DNA of 64,000 bases. Source: Orbicella franksi. Its lineage: Eukaryota. Positions 26,188-44,393 of the stretch are shown piece by piece (position 1 is the first letter of the stretch; the number at the start of each line of letters is the position of its first letter). The translations under genes and the position numbers were made by a program. The notes under the pieces are model-generated. The model worked only from the letters and a program-made list of their open reading frames with translations, did no database searches and was not told the DNA's origin. The stretch covers positions 1,364,001 to 1,428,000 of the forward strand of contig OZ116709.1 in NCBI GenBank assembly GCA_964199315.1, written 5' to 3'.

Positions 26188-26535
26188 TAAGCTTAAAAGT
26201 ATTTAGAAGATCAGTTTCACAATGATTTTGGATACCATTTATCACGAGACATGTAAGTTTACTGTGCGTTTCTGAGCCAAAATTAATATCCTTTCATTTC
26301 TATGCTGAACTCAATTTTTCCTGCCAAAAAATTACACACCAAAACATTTTTATGTAAGGAAAATGAAGTCAAGTGGTTGCCACGGAAACAAAAAATGTGT
26401 GGCGTTGCAGTCCTAAGTAGCTCTGTGAAAGTGATCAGTAATCCTGTGTTTAAGCTTACACTTCTCAGTGTTCAGTAAAAAGTGCTGTGACCTGGAAAGA
26501 AAATTATAAATATGGTTCTTTCCACTCTGTATTAG

Positions 26536-26805
26536 ATGTCTGACAGAAAAGCAGTAGTGAAAAATGCTGACATGTCGGAGGACATGCAGCAGGATGCCAT
26601 AGAGGTCGCGACACAAGCTATGGAGAAGTTCAATATTGAGAAGGACATTGCTGCATACATCAAGAAAGAATTTGACAAGAAATACAACCCCACATGGCAC
26701 TGTATTGTTGGGAGGAACTTTGGTTCATATGTGACCCATGAAACAAAGCATTTTATTTACTTCTACCTCGGACAAGTTGCTGTACTTCTGTTCAAATCTG
26801 GCTGA
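26536..26805 (+). CDS. DYNLL: Dynein light chain LC8, tandem copy 1 (89 aa)
   Basis: [91 protein letters not shown] acceptor directly before the ATG; likely non-coding exon 1 ending at about 25091. Confidence 0.97.
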   Translation: MSDRKAVVKNADMSEDMQQDAIEVATQAMEKFNIEKDIAAYIKKEFDKKYNPTWHCIVGRNFGSYVTHETKHFIYFYLGQVAVLLFKSG

Positions 26806-28794
26806 ACTTTAAGAGTCAAACCAAAAGAACTTCTGTCCAGCCATTTATTGACTTAAAATATGTTACTGCCATATTGTTAATATAAATTTTAAAGTATTTT
26901 TTATTTAAGTTTGTGTGAGTTACAAATTCTAATATAAGTTGTCTGATGTGAGACACCAGTATCTTATTTACACCAGTATTTATGTTTCTTTTTGTATAAT
27001 AATATCAACATAAAAGTGGTTGTTTATGTATTAACATAAAAGCAATGTAAAGTGAACCAATTTTTCTAATTGGCCAGTATTTGACCTCACAGAGGTGGTG
27101 TTGTTCAGGGATATTTTAAGAAATGTGCTTGCCTTCAATATTATAACTTATTGTTCAGAATTTAATATTGGTGTTCCTTCCATTCTTGTTGAATACACGT
27201 TATTTGCTTCTTTTTTAATGAAGCAGTTTAACTTAATCTGTACGATAGACACAGGATTAACACACTATACCACAACTTCCTTTTGCTTCTATTTCAGCAT
27301 TAACTGTACAGTCCCTCTGCTGTAGTTTTCTTGTTTGTTAGAGAAGTAGTAACATCCAAGAAGGAGACTAAGCCTTTGAAACCCGTTTTTTTTTTTCTTT
27401 TTTTTTTCTTTTTTTCAAAAAACTGATCCTAAAAAATTTTGAGGATTTCAACTTAAATCCGCTTTGCTAATCTAATATCTATTTTTACCTTTGGTGAAGC
27501 ACCCACTTTTGCAACTCATAATAAAAAACAAAGTAAGTAGTGCTATCTAAGGGAAAGAGGGAGAGGTGTTTCCCTGAATGCTATGCTTTTGATACACTCA
27601 GACAAAGGTGTAAACCCAATTATCCCAAAAGTGATCACTTATAATAAAAACACCTTAAGAAAAATAGCATACACAAATACCGCTAACTTAGGCTATTGTT
27701 TATTCAAAGCTCGTTCATTCAACCGTTTTTGCGTAAACTACGGTCAGACGTTCCTTTTTGCAGTGGCACCATACAAAACAATATATTTTGACATTTGTGC
27801 TTGGGCCCATCCATCCTCGCAGACCCAGTGGCAGTTAATCGGGGCGAAAACGTCCTTGTAAACTTTCGTGAAATCTTTCGTCGCGCCGATTTATTTTCCT
27901 CGCGCCCACATGCTTACGGGTTTTCCGCGAGGGTTGAAACGTTTTTACATGTGAAAAAGAAACTGGGGAAGTGATGAGAAAAACTGCTGTTTGGAAAGCG
28001 GACGTTGCGCCTTTGTCGAATCAACAAAAACGTCAGTTTTTTTTTTAACAGGAATTGATTCTGCTGTTTTTTTGTTTTTTTTTTACGACCACCTTTCAGT
28101 GGTAGATCTAGGGAAGGGGCCCGGGTCCCCCCTTTTTTGGGTAAAAAAAGAAATCACAGATGGAAGAAAAGTCTTAGCTCAAGGTCTGGATCCGCCAATG
28201 ACTGACGCAATTTTTTTTTGCCCGCGGATTGAGTGCCTACCTGATATGATGTACATACAAGAATAGTTCTTCTGCGTACTAGGTTCCCCAATGTTACGTG
28301 CGCAAGCTTGGATCAGATGCCACAAAAGAATTACCACTTCGGGTACCTACCTGTTCTTCGGTTTTAAAAGTTATATAAACGCCCAAAATTCAATATTCAG
28401 AACCGCATGGAGCGGGGGGAGCGGGGGAAGCGGGGTGGGCATACCCGATTAGTTCATCCCGCAATGGATTCTGGGTTGATATAGGCCGCCTAAATAGGCT
28501 TGGAAAGTCATCCAATCAACAACTCAGTTTACACTTATTGGGTGTTCCATGGCGTGGGTCAAAAACTCCAAGGAAGCGATGTTGTGTTTGTTTGAGGTAG
28601 CTGTTTGAGAAAGAGAATTTCGGTGGCGAAGATCTGTGTAAGTTGCGGAAAGCTGTTTTTAGACAGGGTGAGTAATCTGGTTCTTTTTCATTCCCCTTTG
28701 CCGTTAACGCCATAGGCGTGGTCGTTTGGGAGGTACCCGGTTAGTTAGGAGGTGCGTGGAGCGAAAAGCTAATTTAAGTTTGCGTTTGTTCCAG

Positions 28795-29064
28795 ATGACC
28801 GAAAGGAAAGCAGTAATCAAAAATGCCGATATGTCAGAAGACATGCAGTCAGATGCAGTAGAGTGTGCTACCCAAGCTATGGAAAAGTTCAACATCGAGA
28901 AAGACATCGCTGCCTACATCAAGAAAGAATTTGACAAGAAGTACAACCCAACATGGCACTGTATTGTTGGGAGGAATTTTGGTTCCTATGTGACCCATGA
29001 AACAAAGCATTTTATTTACTTCTACCTTGGACAAGTAGCCGTGTTGCTCTTCAAGTCTGGTTAA
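28795..29064 (+). CDS. DYNLL: Dynein light chain LC8, tandem copy 2 (89 aa)
   Basis: [32 protein letters not shown]...FKSG. True start is at 28795 (the ORF track's 28726 start runs through a 5'UTR intron, 28668-28794, GTGAGT...CCAG). AATAAA at about 29272. Confidence 0.97.
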   Translation: MTERKAVIKNADMSEDMQSDAVECATQAMEKFNIEKDIAAYIKKEFDKKYNPTWHCIVGRNFGSYVTHETKHFIYFYLGQVAVLLFKSG

Positions 29065-30222
29065 TTTCGTGTCAAAAAGAAAATGCTGTATTTCGATAGA
29101 CTCGAGGTCGCCGGACGCCCTATTAAATTAAGTTATAAGCTTACTTATAGAAAACTATTGAGAAAATCGCGGTGTTTTGTGTTCTTTGCTTTGTAACAGA
29201 ATATTTCTAGACTGACCTGTAAAAATTTTTATCAGAAATGTACCTGTACTCCAAGCCCCTTTCTGTAATACAATAAACATACAAGCACTGTCTTGAAGAG
29301 TATGTTGTAACCACTGTTGACCACCTCCATTAGGGTAAGGTGGGCTAACTTACATAAGCAAAGCTGACTTTAGATTTGTAATCTCAGGTCTGCTTGGTAC
29401 TTTTAGGCAGAATTCAGATGTAATAAATTTAAGATTGGAAAGTTTGCTCTAGTTGGTTAGAGTCTCACTGATTTTAATGATGTATAAATTTTAAACATAC
29501 CGAAGTTTGTTTTGAAAGGGAAACTCCTATCAAATCAAGATCAAAAGTGACTAGGATTTCACTTGATCTCACAGGGAGTGAAAGACAGTGACCTCAGACC
29601 GTCTGAGAATGAGGCAATCATTACTGAAATATATCTATGAAGAATTAAAACATATTCTGACTTCATTGTTAATGAAGTCAGCATTGTTTCAAATAAAATT
29701 GCAAGGATTAACTGCCTGAATTTTTTGATTTGAAAGGAAACCAACTTTTTCAGTTGATTCATTATTAGCTTGGACAGTTGCCATGGTTAAGCAACAATGG
29801 GAATTACTACTGCAGTAACTTATTTTGTAACATGTCAGTTTTGAACTCATCAGCTGCAATGGTTTGATATCAAATAAAAATTGTGGACATAAACTCCAAA
29901 GTTGGGAAACTAAGTTCAGCAACTTAAAAATGGCAGAAAATTTTCACCAAGAAATAAAACAAAGAAAGCATGCACTTGCCACTGCAAGAATCTGAAGAAA
30001 TTTGAATAAGCCTGCACAGCAGGTGTATTGGTTAACGAGGAATATGCCCATACCTGGTGCCCATATACTAAACATTTAAGTCAAATAGCAAGTAATTAAA
30101 TAGTTGAATATAAATTGATTTATTAATTCTTAGATTTTGTACAGACTTAACTATTTGTTAACAGTTTGAGGTCGAAAGGGTAGAGTTAACAATTTTTCTA
30201 AATTTGCAGTCAAAGAACCACT

Positions 30223-34641
<4,419 letters not shown>

Positions 34642-34833
34642 CTTAGGTTGCCAAATTAGTCCCATAATTCCTAGCGTTCAATATTTTGGTTTCCTTCCCA
34701 GGAACTAGATTGTGTTTTTGGTAAACTTCCAATATTTTACTTGAAATTGGCGTCTTGGCGATAACTTCCCTGTAAAGAAGACTATCTAAGATTTTTTTAG
34801 ATGCTTTATAATCGCAGTAGAAGTAGGCTAAGA
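34642..34833. promoter_or_regulatory. Compact bidirectional promoter between COQ5 and the ankyrin gene
   Basis: Under 200 bp between divergent candidate starts. A YY1 motif AAGATGGCGGC overlaps the COQ5 ATG (34634-34644, minus strand). Confidence 0.5.
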
Positions 34834-35033
34834 ATGACGGCTCTTCTCAATCAGTCAAGTTTAGCAAAAAAACTTTCCCGCGCATCCTTTGCAAGGTGCC
34901 TACAGCGATAATTAACGACGATGGTTGTAAAAAAGCGGGGTAATGTATTTCCTGTTATATTACGGTTTGTTAATTTAATCAAATTGGTTTATAGATAAGT
35001 TTGATTGATATCTGTTACTTTTAAATTTTGCAG

Positions 35034-38000
35034 ATTTTCAAAAAACAGCAGGACTTATTCAGGAGTTCCTCTCCAAACTTTCGTGCGAGGAGGCGACTGC
35101 TGAACTGCGGGACTCCATGAATCTCGTTCTTTTCTACTTACAAAAATACTACAAAAAGCTCCGGAGCAGAAGCCTTTCAAATGGTGCGTCACCAAGATTA
35201 AATGGAAAATCTCTTAGCGGAAGTCTTATTTTAAATGGTGGAGTGAGCCCTGTGTCCCCTGCTTGTGGAACACCTGATCAATTCGAATGGAAGTGGTACA
35301 ATTTAGAATCACCTAGACTGTCAGCAAGCCTCGGAACGAACGAATTTTCTTCTCTCCCTCTGGTGTTGCAAGCTGCAAAATCGGCAGATTTGAAACTTTT
35401 GAAAGAACTCATAGATAAAGGTAAAATTAGTTAAGAGTTACGTGAATGTCAATTACATGAATGTCGCCATAATTTTAAGTCCATATCTCCTTAACAATAT
35501 TTGTTTTTAATGTGAAGTAATAATCAACTTGATGTTTACTGAACACTTGATATTGTTGCTCTTCAAAGTAAATTTGTGCGATCAAAAGGTTATCTTAAGG
35601 TTAACAGCCTGAAAAGTATATTAATTTTATAATACATTTTATAATACATTTCTGCTAAATGGGTGATTCCAGAAAATAGCCATACCCTACCACGGGTGGC
35701 AAAAGCATTTTAACCCCACTTGCCTTTGGAAATTCCAAAATGCTCTACCCTCCATGCCCTCTAAATTCCAAAATCATTAACCCCCCTCCCCTCCGGATTT
35801 CCGTTTTTTTCTTCAACCATCTAGAATCCTGTTTTGACTTCCAACAAAAGAGGTTTTACACTTTTACATCTTCCCAGAAGATTACCAACTAACTGCCTAT
35901 AAGGCTTGAAATTATGACCAATACGACCACATACATTTGTGACTATAAAATGTTCGGCAACTTAAACTTCCTCCTCTTCAGTCGCAAGTTTGCAACTAGT
36001 TTTCGGCTTAACTACTGAAGGAATAAAAATCTTAATTTTGTTGTGTGGTTACTATAGAAATTAGAACATACGTTGGCAAATCCTGCTTAATTTACCTTCG
36101 ATATTACCAATGATATTCACTTGTTCAGACTCCATTAAAGCGGTTTCTTTATGAATATGTATCACTGGTGCATAGTAAACTAACCTGGTGGGTCGGCGTT
36201 TATTGCACATGGTTAAATCTGACAAGAAATTTATCAACTTTAAGGTCTCTGGAACCCAATGTATAGCCCAGTTTTTATCACTTTTCTACAGTAAATGAAC
36301 ATGAACAAGTGTGATTGATTGATGCTTGTCTCCTTTCTTGTTTTCCGCAGTAGTCACACTCTTGTCTGTCCCCTCTAGAAAACCCCCCGTGCCCTTGGGA
36401 CTCCAATTGTAAGTACACACATGCCTTTGGATTTCCAGTTCAAAGGACCCCCCTTGCCCTCAGAATTCCAAAAAGCAGCCCATGGTATAGGTATGGATAT
36501 TTTCTGGAATCACCCAATATGCAACAGTGCTTGCCATAAGAGATGTAGGAATGAATTATACTGTAGTTTACCGCTCCTTGTAAGACGAATTCTGATTGGT
36601 TTGTTTGTCCATGGAAGAAGTAGGGAAACCAAGCTACCATAGAATAATGTTTTTCAGTTGTACATATATGTTATATCCACCATGTGTTAGGTAATTAATT
36701 TTTATTGGTTAAAGTGATCGGCTTCTATTGAACATGTTACTGACATGTCTTTACAGATTCAGGGGTTGTGCAGCAAGTAGATGGTTTGGGACGCAATGCT
36801 GCAATGTACTCTGTCCATGGAAATACACCTGCCCACTTAGAATGCCTGCAGATGCTTATTACCGCTGGTTGTGACCTGGACCTCCAAGCAAATGGTATGA
36901 AACTTGCCTGAGTAATACATTCATTTGATAACAAGGATAAATATTTTAGGATATATACAGTCACATGGATTACTGACCAAGTGTTGTATGGTGAAGGTGG
37001 TGGGATATCAACAAAGTTCTTTTTGATTTGCTTTTCTTTCCTTTTTTAATAAATTGTGTTTGTACATAGATAACACAACAGCTCTACATGTTGCTGCCCA
37101 TGTCAATAATACGAGAGCTCTGACTCTACTGCTTCATAATAAGGTATAGTGGCCTGTCTGTTGTTTGTTCAATCTGCATTATTCAATTTTTATACCTGGA
37201 AATGCTGGGATGTTTTAAGAAAAATCTGACCATGTTTGCACATACATGTATAAACATTTCCAAAGACATTCTGAAGATTGCTAAGCAGTTTCTGAATAAT
37301 TTCCATGCACCAGTCTCCGGATGTGTTTCTGGAACAAAACAAAGTGGCATGTACTTTTCCCTTCTCAAATTTAAAAATTTGGGGAAGTACCAGTACTGTC
37401 ATTTTTCACAGACTTTTCTTTTCTTGCATGCTGCATAAAGTTTCTCAGCAATGCCCTGAGAGTAGGCATCAAGTAAGCATGAGATGAAAGCGTCTGACCC
37501 CAAGGGATGAGTCTCATGCCTAAGTTGTGAGAAAGTTGACAAGTATTAATTTGATTACTTAAAGATTTCCTTTAAATTTAAGACCATTCAGTTTGTATGT
37601 TACAGAATTGCTTAAGATAATGGGCAAACCCTAAAGTTTAGACTTGCATCAGAATTAATGAATGTACTCAGTATCTTTTCCGTGATCACAGGCATCTCAG
37701 AATGTTGAAGACAATGAGGGAAGGACACCACTTCACTGGGCAGCAGCAAGTACCTCAGAGGATAATGTTAAGGTGAGGTTATCACATGCAGTGTTTATTT
37801 TACTCACTGGCTAAAACAACTGAACCTAACATTTAAGTCAGATAGAGTTGGATCTCTGCTAATGGTCCTGATGGACACCTCTCACAAGAGGACACTCATG
37901 CATGGTCCCTACAGCTACATACAAACATTATTTTTTTTATCAACCCACAAGCAGATGTATTTTCATATCCAATGTATGAAGGAACTGGCTCTGGATAGTG

Positions 38001-41000
38001 TGAAGTGTTTTTTGTAAAAAACACACAATGATAGTGAATCCACTCCAAGCAAGTGACAGGTGGTGGTGGTCAGGGTGGAACCAGGAGATCTAAGATCTAA
38101 GATGGAAATGTGCAACATGTCTGAAATAAAAACTTCATGTGAATTGAAATGTGCAGTCGCGGTGATACTCATTGTGTATTTCTTGTGCAGTTATTGCTTC
38201 AAGATGGGGGAAACTTAAATGCTGTAGACAGTGAGGGCTTGACCCCAGCCATGTGGGCATGTTACTTTGATCAGCTTCAAAATCTTCAGTTTTTACATAA
38301 AGCACTGTCTAGGATTGACCCAGAGGAAGATGCAATCTTCAGAGACACTGATTGTTATGGACAGTGTGTAATACACTGGGCTGTCAAAGGAGTGGGCTCA
38401 TTGCAGTGCCTAGAGGTAATTAGAAAAAACAAGCTAGTACACTCAGTCTCAAACAGTACATGGTAAGGTGCTGTGCCAAGTCTAAGGTGTAGAGTTAATT
38501 AATTTGTTAAAAGATTTGAACCAAAGGTATTTCAAAGCAGCACACATCATAGTATTATTGTGAGATCATACTCCATAAGAAATAATATTCACTGTCAAAA
38601 CATGTACTAAACAACTTGACTTGACCTGTGCTGTTTAACTTTATTGTCTCGATCATGAATAAATCTGAAGCCAAATTGTCTTTTGACAGTTGTTGAATGT
38701 TCAGACTGATAAACAGATTGAAGCATTTTAAAGAACAAAGGTCTCATTCTATCTTAATGGAAATCTATGATTTTTGTTTTTATTAGTGACTGATCTGAAT
38801 TGTTTCAATTTGACCTTTAGGACTTATTAACACCACAGACTGCAGTTCTAAGGGACAGTGATGGTAAAACAGTACTACATACAGCAGCAGAGAAAGGTAG
38901 GGAAACAGCCAGCATGTGGCCATTCTGATGAGATTTAAATCTTAGTATTCATGGACAAGTGATGGTAACAATGGTACAGGAATAGAAAAATGGAGTAGGC
39001 TCAATTAACAGCCACTGTTCAAGAAAGGAGCCTACGCTAGTAGACCAGACTCAAGAGATTGACAGAAATCGAGCCTAAAAATGGAAATAAGGGTTTTTCT
39101 GTTAATATTTCTTCAAGTGCATCCTAAGAGATACTTTGACAGCTTAAAATAGTTGCATTTTGTCATCAACACCCTAAATGAGACCAGAGTCCTTGATTTT
39201 CACCCCTAAGCAAGATGACAAGAATCCCCTACCTTTTCATGTGGAAGTCCCCTGCCCTCCCTGGTGATTACTGTTGGCTCAAGCCAAGTTATCGTTATTT
39301 GTGCAGGGTGGCCCTCTGAGAACTAGGCTGGTATCAATCGGGGCCCTCTCTAACGTATAAAAATATATAACAAATATAAAAAGCCTGATAAATATGTGCA
39401 ATATGTGTTATTAAAAGTAGTAATTACATCTTGTAATACCAGTATCACTTCTTGGTGAGATGCCTGATCTGCTGAGAAATTAACTTACAGGAAATACAGC
39501 AGCTTGTGAGATGGTTCTTGAGGCCAGAGGAAACTTAGAGGGCCTTCTGGATACTGACAACTCAAAGAGAACTCCAGTTCATCTTGCTGCCATCTGTGGT
39601 CAAGGAGAAGTGGTGAACTTCCTTCTTGATAGAGGAGGTTTGTGGAGCCGTGTATTCAAGTTTTTGTCCTTAAAGTATGGCATTTATTTCCAATTAGATG
39701 AACTGCCTCTTTGTTAATGAAGCTGAATCATTTGTAATCATTCACTAAACAAAACCAAGTGCTAATTTTACAATCAAGTATACAAAAAGTAGTAGCATTG
39801 GTCAAGGCTATTCAATAATTAACAGTAATATTATGAGCTCAAGGTTTCTAGGAAGTGATAGTTGATGAGGCCAAAGGATGAATCTTAACACCTCATAGAA
39901 ATCAAAAACAGACAATTTAATTTTTTTAGTGAATTCTAATAATTATACAGCAAAAAATGATGCAATATTCATTTCATTTGGACTTTGAGTTGAAGCTGAA
40001 TAGACTGAATGAGTTAACAATTCTTGTCTCAGGAGACCTCTCGTTGAAAGATTGTTTTGGTGCCACTGCAGTTGATTACATCCATAACAAACATCTCAAC
40101 TATTGTGCAATGGTGATCAGAGCCCACACACAGTGCAATGAACATCAGAAAACTAAGAATGCATTTGTATCTACACCTTGCGATATGGAAAGGTAAACTA
40201 TGAAGGCTGTGTGCAAAGGTTATTTTACTTGCAAATTTTATTGTTTTACCACAGTCATGTAAAGCTCCCATGTAGTGAATAAAGAAATTATAATAAATTA
40301 AAATCGATAAAATGCTAATCCATGTGAACAGTAAATATTATGAACTTAGGCACTTATGTCAGGATTCAGATTGGTGACTTCTGAAAGAAAGTCACAAATT
40401 TTTTTAACATATTTTTGTAGCTGCAGTCTTTGAGAAGTTAACCAATGTAGAAGAGATGTTCTTTCTGTTAAACAACACAGCAATTTTGATATAATTTATA
40501 ATAAGTAGCAATGATTGTTTAAAATGGTGAAAGTTATGTTTTAAAGTTTATTAACTGAAGTAATAACCATGGTTGTAGCAATAACACTGATGTAAAGAAA
40601 AACGTTTTTCTTTAACAGACAAGATGATCATGACCAAACTGATACTTCAAGACCACAACCATCTGCTCTGACAATTGAAGCTGTTAAAGCAACAACAGAT
40701 GACCAACAACACAGAGCATCTTTCCATGATCAGAACTGTGATGTGTCAGAGCTCCATGGATTTGATGTACAAGGTGGGTCAGGACAAGTGGAAGATGAGC
40801 AAAGTTCTCAAAACAGAGAACATCACTCAAAAGGTGGCACAATAAATGCAAACATTTCAGATAAGGGGGATGAACAGAACAGGTCTTCAAATGCAAACAG
40901 ACGACAGAGTACACTAACAAGACAGAGTGGGATTCGTAATGAAAGTAGTGATTCCAGACACTCTGTAGATCAAGCTCCAAGTTTTGATCTGAGGACTGAA

Positions 41001-41400
41001 GATGGTAACATACTAGTCGTGGTAAGTAATCTTGATATGGAAGATCAACAGGAGGAAGTTATTGACATGGAAGATGGTGACATTGGCATTGACTGTGAGG
41101 AAAACTTGGAATATTCCAGTGTAGGTTTGCAGCAGGGACATGGAAGTGCATCAAGTATACATAGTGAGGCAGATAATGCTGATAACTGCAGTGTTAGTGG
41201 TGCACTTAGTGTCTCAAGCCTTGGCAGTGACAAGGAGGAAGTAGTCCATGATGAGGACTTAATAGATTACCCGGATGAAAGCAACAAACAAAAGCAGAGG
41301 AGGGGAGAAGTTATGGATTCACAAGCTCAGGTATTAGGACAGTTGAAGTTGATCAGTGAATGTCTGTTAGAACAGAATTCAACTCTCTGTCTATCAATAT

Positions 41401-41444
<44 letters not shown>

Positions 41445-43819
41445 AATAATAATAATAAACTAATATTTTAAGAGGAGGCTGCCAATCACCTTGAGGTGGT
41501 TTTCAGGAGGGTCCTCAAAAAATAGAATATACATTAAATGTCTAAAATACAAAATTAATAAAAGCTAAAAACGTCATCATTATCATCAACATCAACAACG
41601 GTAACATCATCGTCATCATCATCATCATTCTCAGTCCTTTGATTATTAATACTGTACCATGTCATTGCATCCCCTACCCCACCCCTCTGTCAGGCATCCT
41701 GTGTACAAAGGTTCTTCGGGATTTGATAGCCCAATTTTTCAGTAATTTGCTGCTTAAGAATAAGTATTATTGCTACAGTTATGCTGATCTATTTATTTCC
41801 CTCTGTTTTCACAATGTATTGTTATTATCACTCTCTCATATTACCGTTTGTGGATTGTTTTGATAGACCATACCGGAATCTCACAAGAGTACAAATCAAC
41901 GATCAAGACAACTTGCTCAAGAAATTCCTCCACCCCCAAAATACCCAACGAAACTGGTACAGTTACAGATGGAAAACAACTACATTAATACTGATAACAC
42001 TGGGGAGTATAATCAAGAGAACCTTGCTGTACCATCTAAGAAGAAGAAAGACAAAGCTAAAAAGAAAAAACAGAAGGGACCAACAGGGTCTGAAATGTCG
42101 TCACCTCTTCCACCGCCAAGAGGAATTGTGCCCCCTCTCAACCCTCCTGGTTTGGGGCCTCCTGGTATTGCTAAACTTGGTGTTTTGGATCCTCGTGGTA
42201 TAAAACCAGCTCCTTGGGAGCATGGTAGCCTGGGTCCCCTTAGACAAGCTCCTCCAGAGCTACCTTCATCAAGCCATGGAATGGGAAGACATGCAGAATA
42301 CTCTAAAGGTTATTCACATCATGGGGAAGTTCTTGATCGTAATGAAAGTGCATTTGAAAGACCTAGAACTCCTGAACCACCTCGTAGTCCACGTGATATT
42401 ACAACAAATCAATCACTTCAACCATGCCCTTCTAGTTCCATGATTGGCAGCCAAGGCAACCTCTTTAGAGGTCCTATAGAAGTAGGGGTGCATGACAGGG
42501 AGATGGATTATGGCCCACCTGGTCCATCTCATGGACCCCTGGCACATGCTAATGGCCAAGCACTTCTCAAAAACATTGTGAGTGGCAATCATTAAAATAG
42601 CTTTAAATTCTAAAAGTCGTTATTTCAATCACTCATCAAGCCCTTAATGTAAGGCTGCCAACACGTTCTTGCAATTCATTCCACAACAATTCACAAGTTG
42701 AAAAGGTTTGCAACATGACCTTAACCGCATGAATACCTCTCGCACCTTGTTACTGTTACATACAAAATCAATTTAGTAATAAACACAAAAAACACTTTTC
42801 AACATGTACTGCAATACTATTAGCACAACAAGGTGCCAGAAAAATGTTGCTCACAATACTCAGGGCCTTAGATAATTTTTTTTTGTTTAGCCGTTAAGAT
42901 GCTACTAACATAACTGCAGCCATCAAATGTCATGTTAACTTCATCATTAATTTGATAATAATTACGGTATTGCTGGTGTTTAATGTTTGTATTTTAATAC
43001 ATTCAAATAATTGTTTTAGTATCATGACTTTGTCATATTTGAAAACAAAGGGTGCGGTAAGCTCTAAAGTGTAATGTTGTTAAAGGAACATACAGGTCAT
43101 AACAAATACTTTCTAGGTAGTTTATTCTTTAGCCTTGCATGAATGTGAGAAGGTTGTTGAGAAATATTAAAACTTTCAGTACTTAAAATCTAAAAGCCAT
43201 TCCAAACGTGTGACCATCTGCCGATGGATTTTGAATTAACAATGTGCATAACTTTTTCACTTAGTAAATGTATTCCCATGATTTGATTAGTATTGTTTAT
43301 AAACGTAAAAATGGATCAATTAGTATTCATAACTTAAGACACTGTTTCCTCAGAAGGATGACTTGAGTGAATTAAAAAGTGTGACTTTTATGTTATTGTC
43401 CATGTGTGACTTCTTTGCTATTGTTTGTAATGTGTGACTTTTTCGCTTTTTTTTGAGACTGAAAGCACCGTAATTAGTAACTTTTGGAAGCAAATTGTTG
43501 TAAGTACAGCGAAAATGGTCAACAAAATTTCCCGTAATTCTGGGTGCGTCTTTATAACAGGGTATTTAGGTGAAATTTTCATTTTGCTTACTTGTCACAA
43601 TCGTCTTCGAAAGTTTAGGGTGCATCTTATAACTGAGTGCGCCTTATATAAGTGAATAAATACGGTAATTTTGTTTTTTTATTATAGGACATAATAGGTA
43701 GAGGTCCCAAAATGGAGTCCTGGACCGGCAAGAATGTAGGTGGAATAATGTCCCATGGACCTCCAGGACAGCACATCCAAGCTCTTCATGGACCAATTCC
43801 TCATCCACCCCAGCGGTGA
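35034..43819 (+). CDS. Ankyrin-repeat protein (inversin/ANKRD55-like repeats) with a long low-complexity C-terminus
   Basis: Phase-consistent exons 35034-35420, 36757-36894, 37070-37143, 37692-37772, 38191-38415, 38821-38896, 39491-39637, 40033-40192, 40619-41330, 41867-42577, 43688-43819. Repeats include TALHVAAH, EGRTPLHWAAA, EGLTPAMWAC, KTVLHTAAEKG, RTPVHLAAICGQGEVVNFLLDRG. Start codon uncertain (35117, or 34834 via an upstream exon). Confidence 0.85.
41403..41458. repeat. (CAT)14(AAT)4 microsatellite, intronic
   Basis: Read directly from the sequence; lies downstream of the splice donor at 41331. Confidence 0.95.
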
Positions 43820-44393
43820 TTAGAAGCCTTGAAAGAATTGCATTCATCTGATTGTTTTATGTATTAACTTCTTTCCATGAAAGGCCATGGAGACACTTGA
43901 GCTTGAACGATACAAAACATGTTTGCCAGTTTTTAGAAATCATGATTGCTTAGTTGTGATGTGTTGATGGTACACTAACCTGTCTGGGGTATTGTCAGTC
44001 AATAATATTTTCTGCTCCTCAGTGAAACACATTGTGTGCTCCAAATCTTGCTTGGTTCGTGTGATATTGAGAGAAGAACTATAAGCTATGAACAGAGTAA
44101 CTAACTAACAATATCTTACGTCCACTACACCTATCATTAAAGGTGTCCACAATAAATACTTTCACCTGAGCATTTTAAATCATCTCACAGTTATTCAAAT
44201 GTAAAAAGAAACATGTTAGACATTTAGTGCATGTTAACTATAATTAATATTATAGTTTGTAATAATTAATAATAGTTGTATTTTAGAATATAATTTTCCG
44301 TGACATATTTAGTGGAAACTCGCATGTCCCCAGTGAGTGGGCGTCAGTGGATGTAGTAGATGTAAAACACTGCTTTATGTAGTTACTTATTTA

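Noticed and set aside
26286-26295. U12-type donor-like ATATCCTTT (similar 8-mers at about 3707, 58498 and 62102)
   Set aside because: No matching exon structure, and several such 8-mers are expected by chance in 64 kb of AT-rich DNA.
28726-28794. N-terminal extension of DYNLL copy 2 in the ORF track
   Set aside because: It lies in a GTGAGT...CCAG intron, and the paralogue has the same acceptor immediately before its ATG.
41331-41471. Poly-histidine tail in ORF 40743-41471
   Set aside because: It lies after a good donor (CAG|GTATTA at 41331) whose phase matches the next exon at 41867, so it is an intronic (CAT)n microsatellite.
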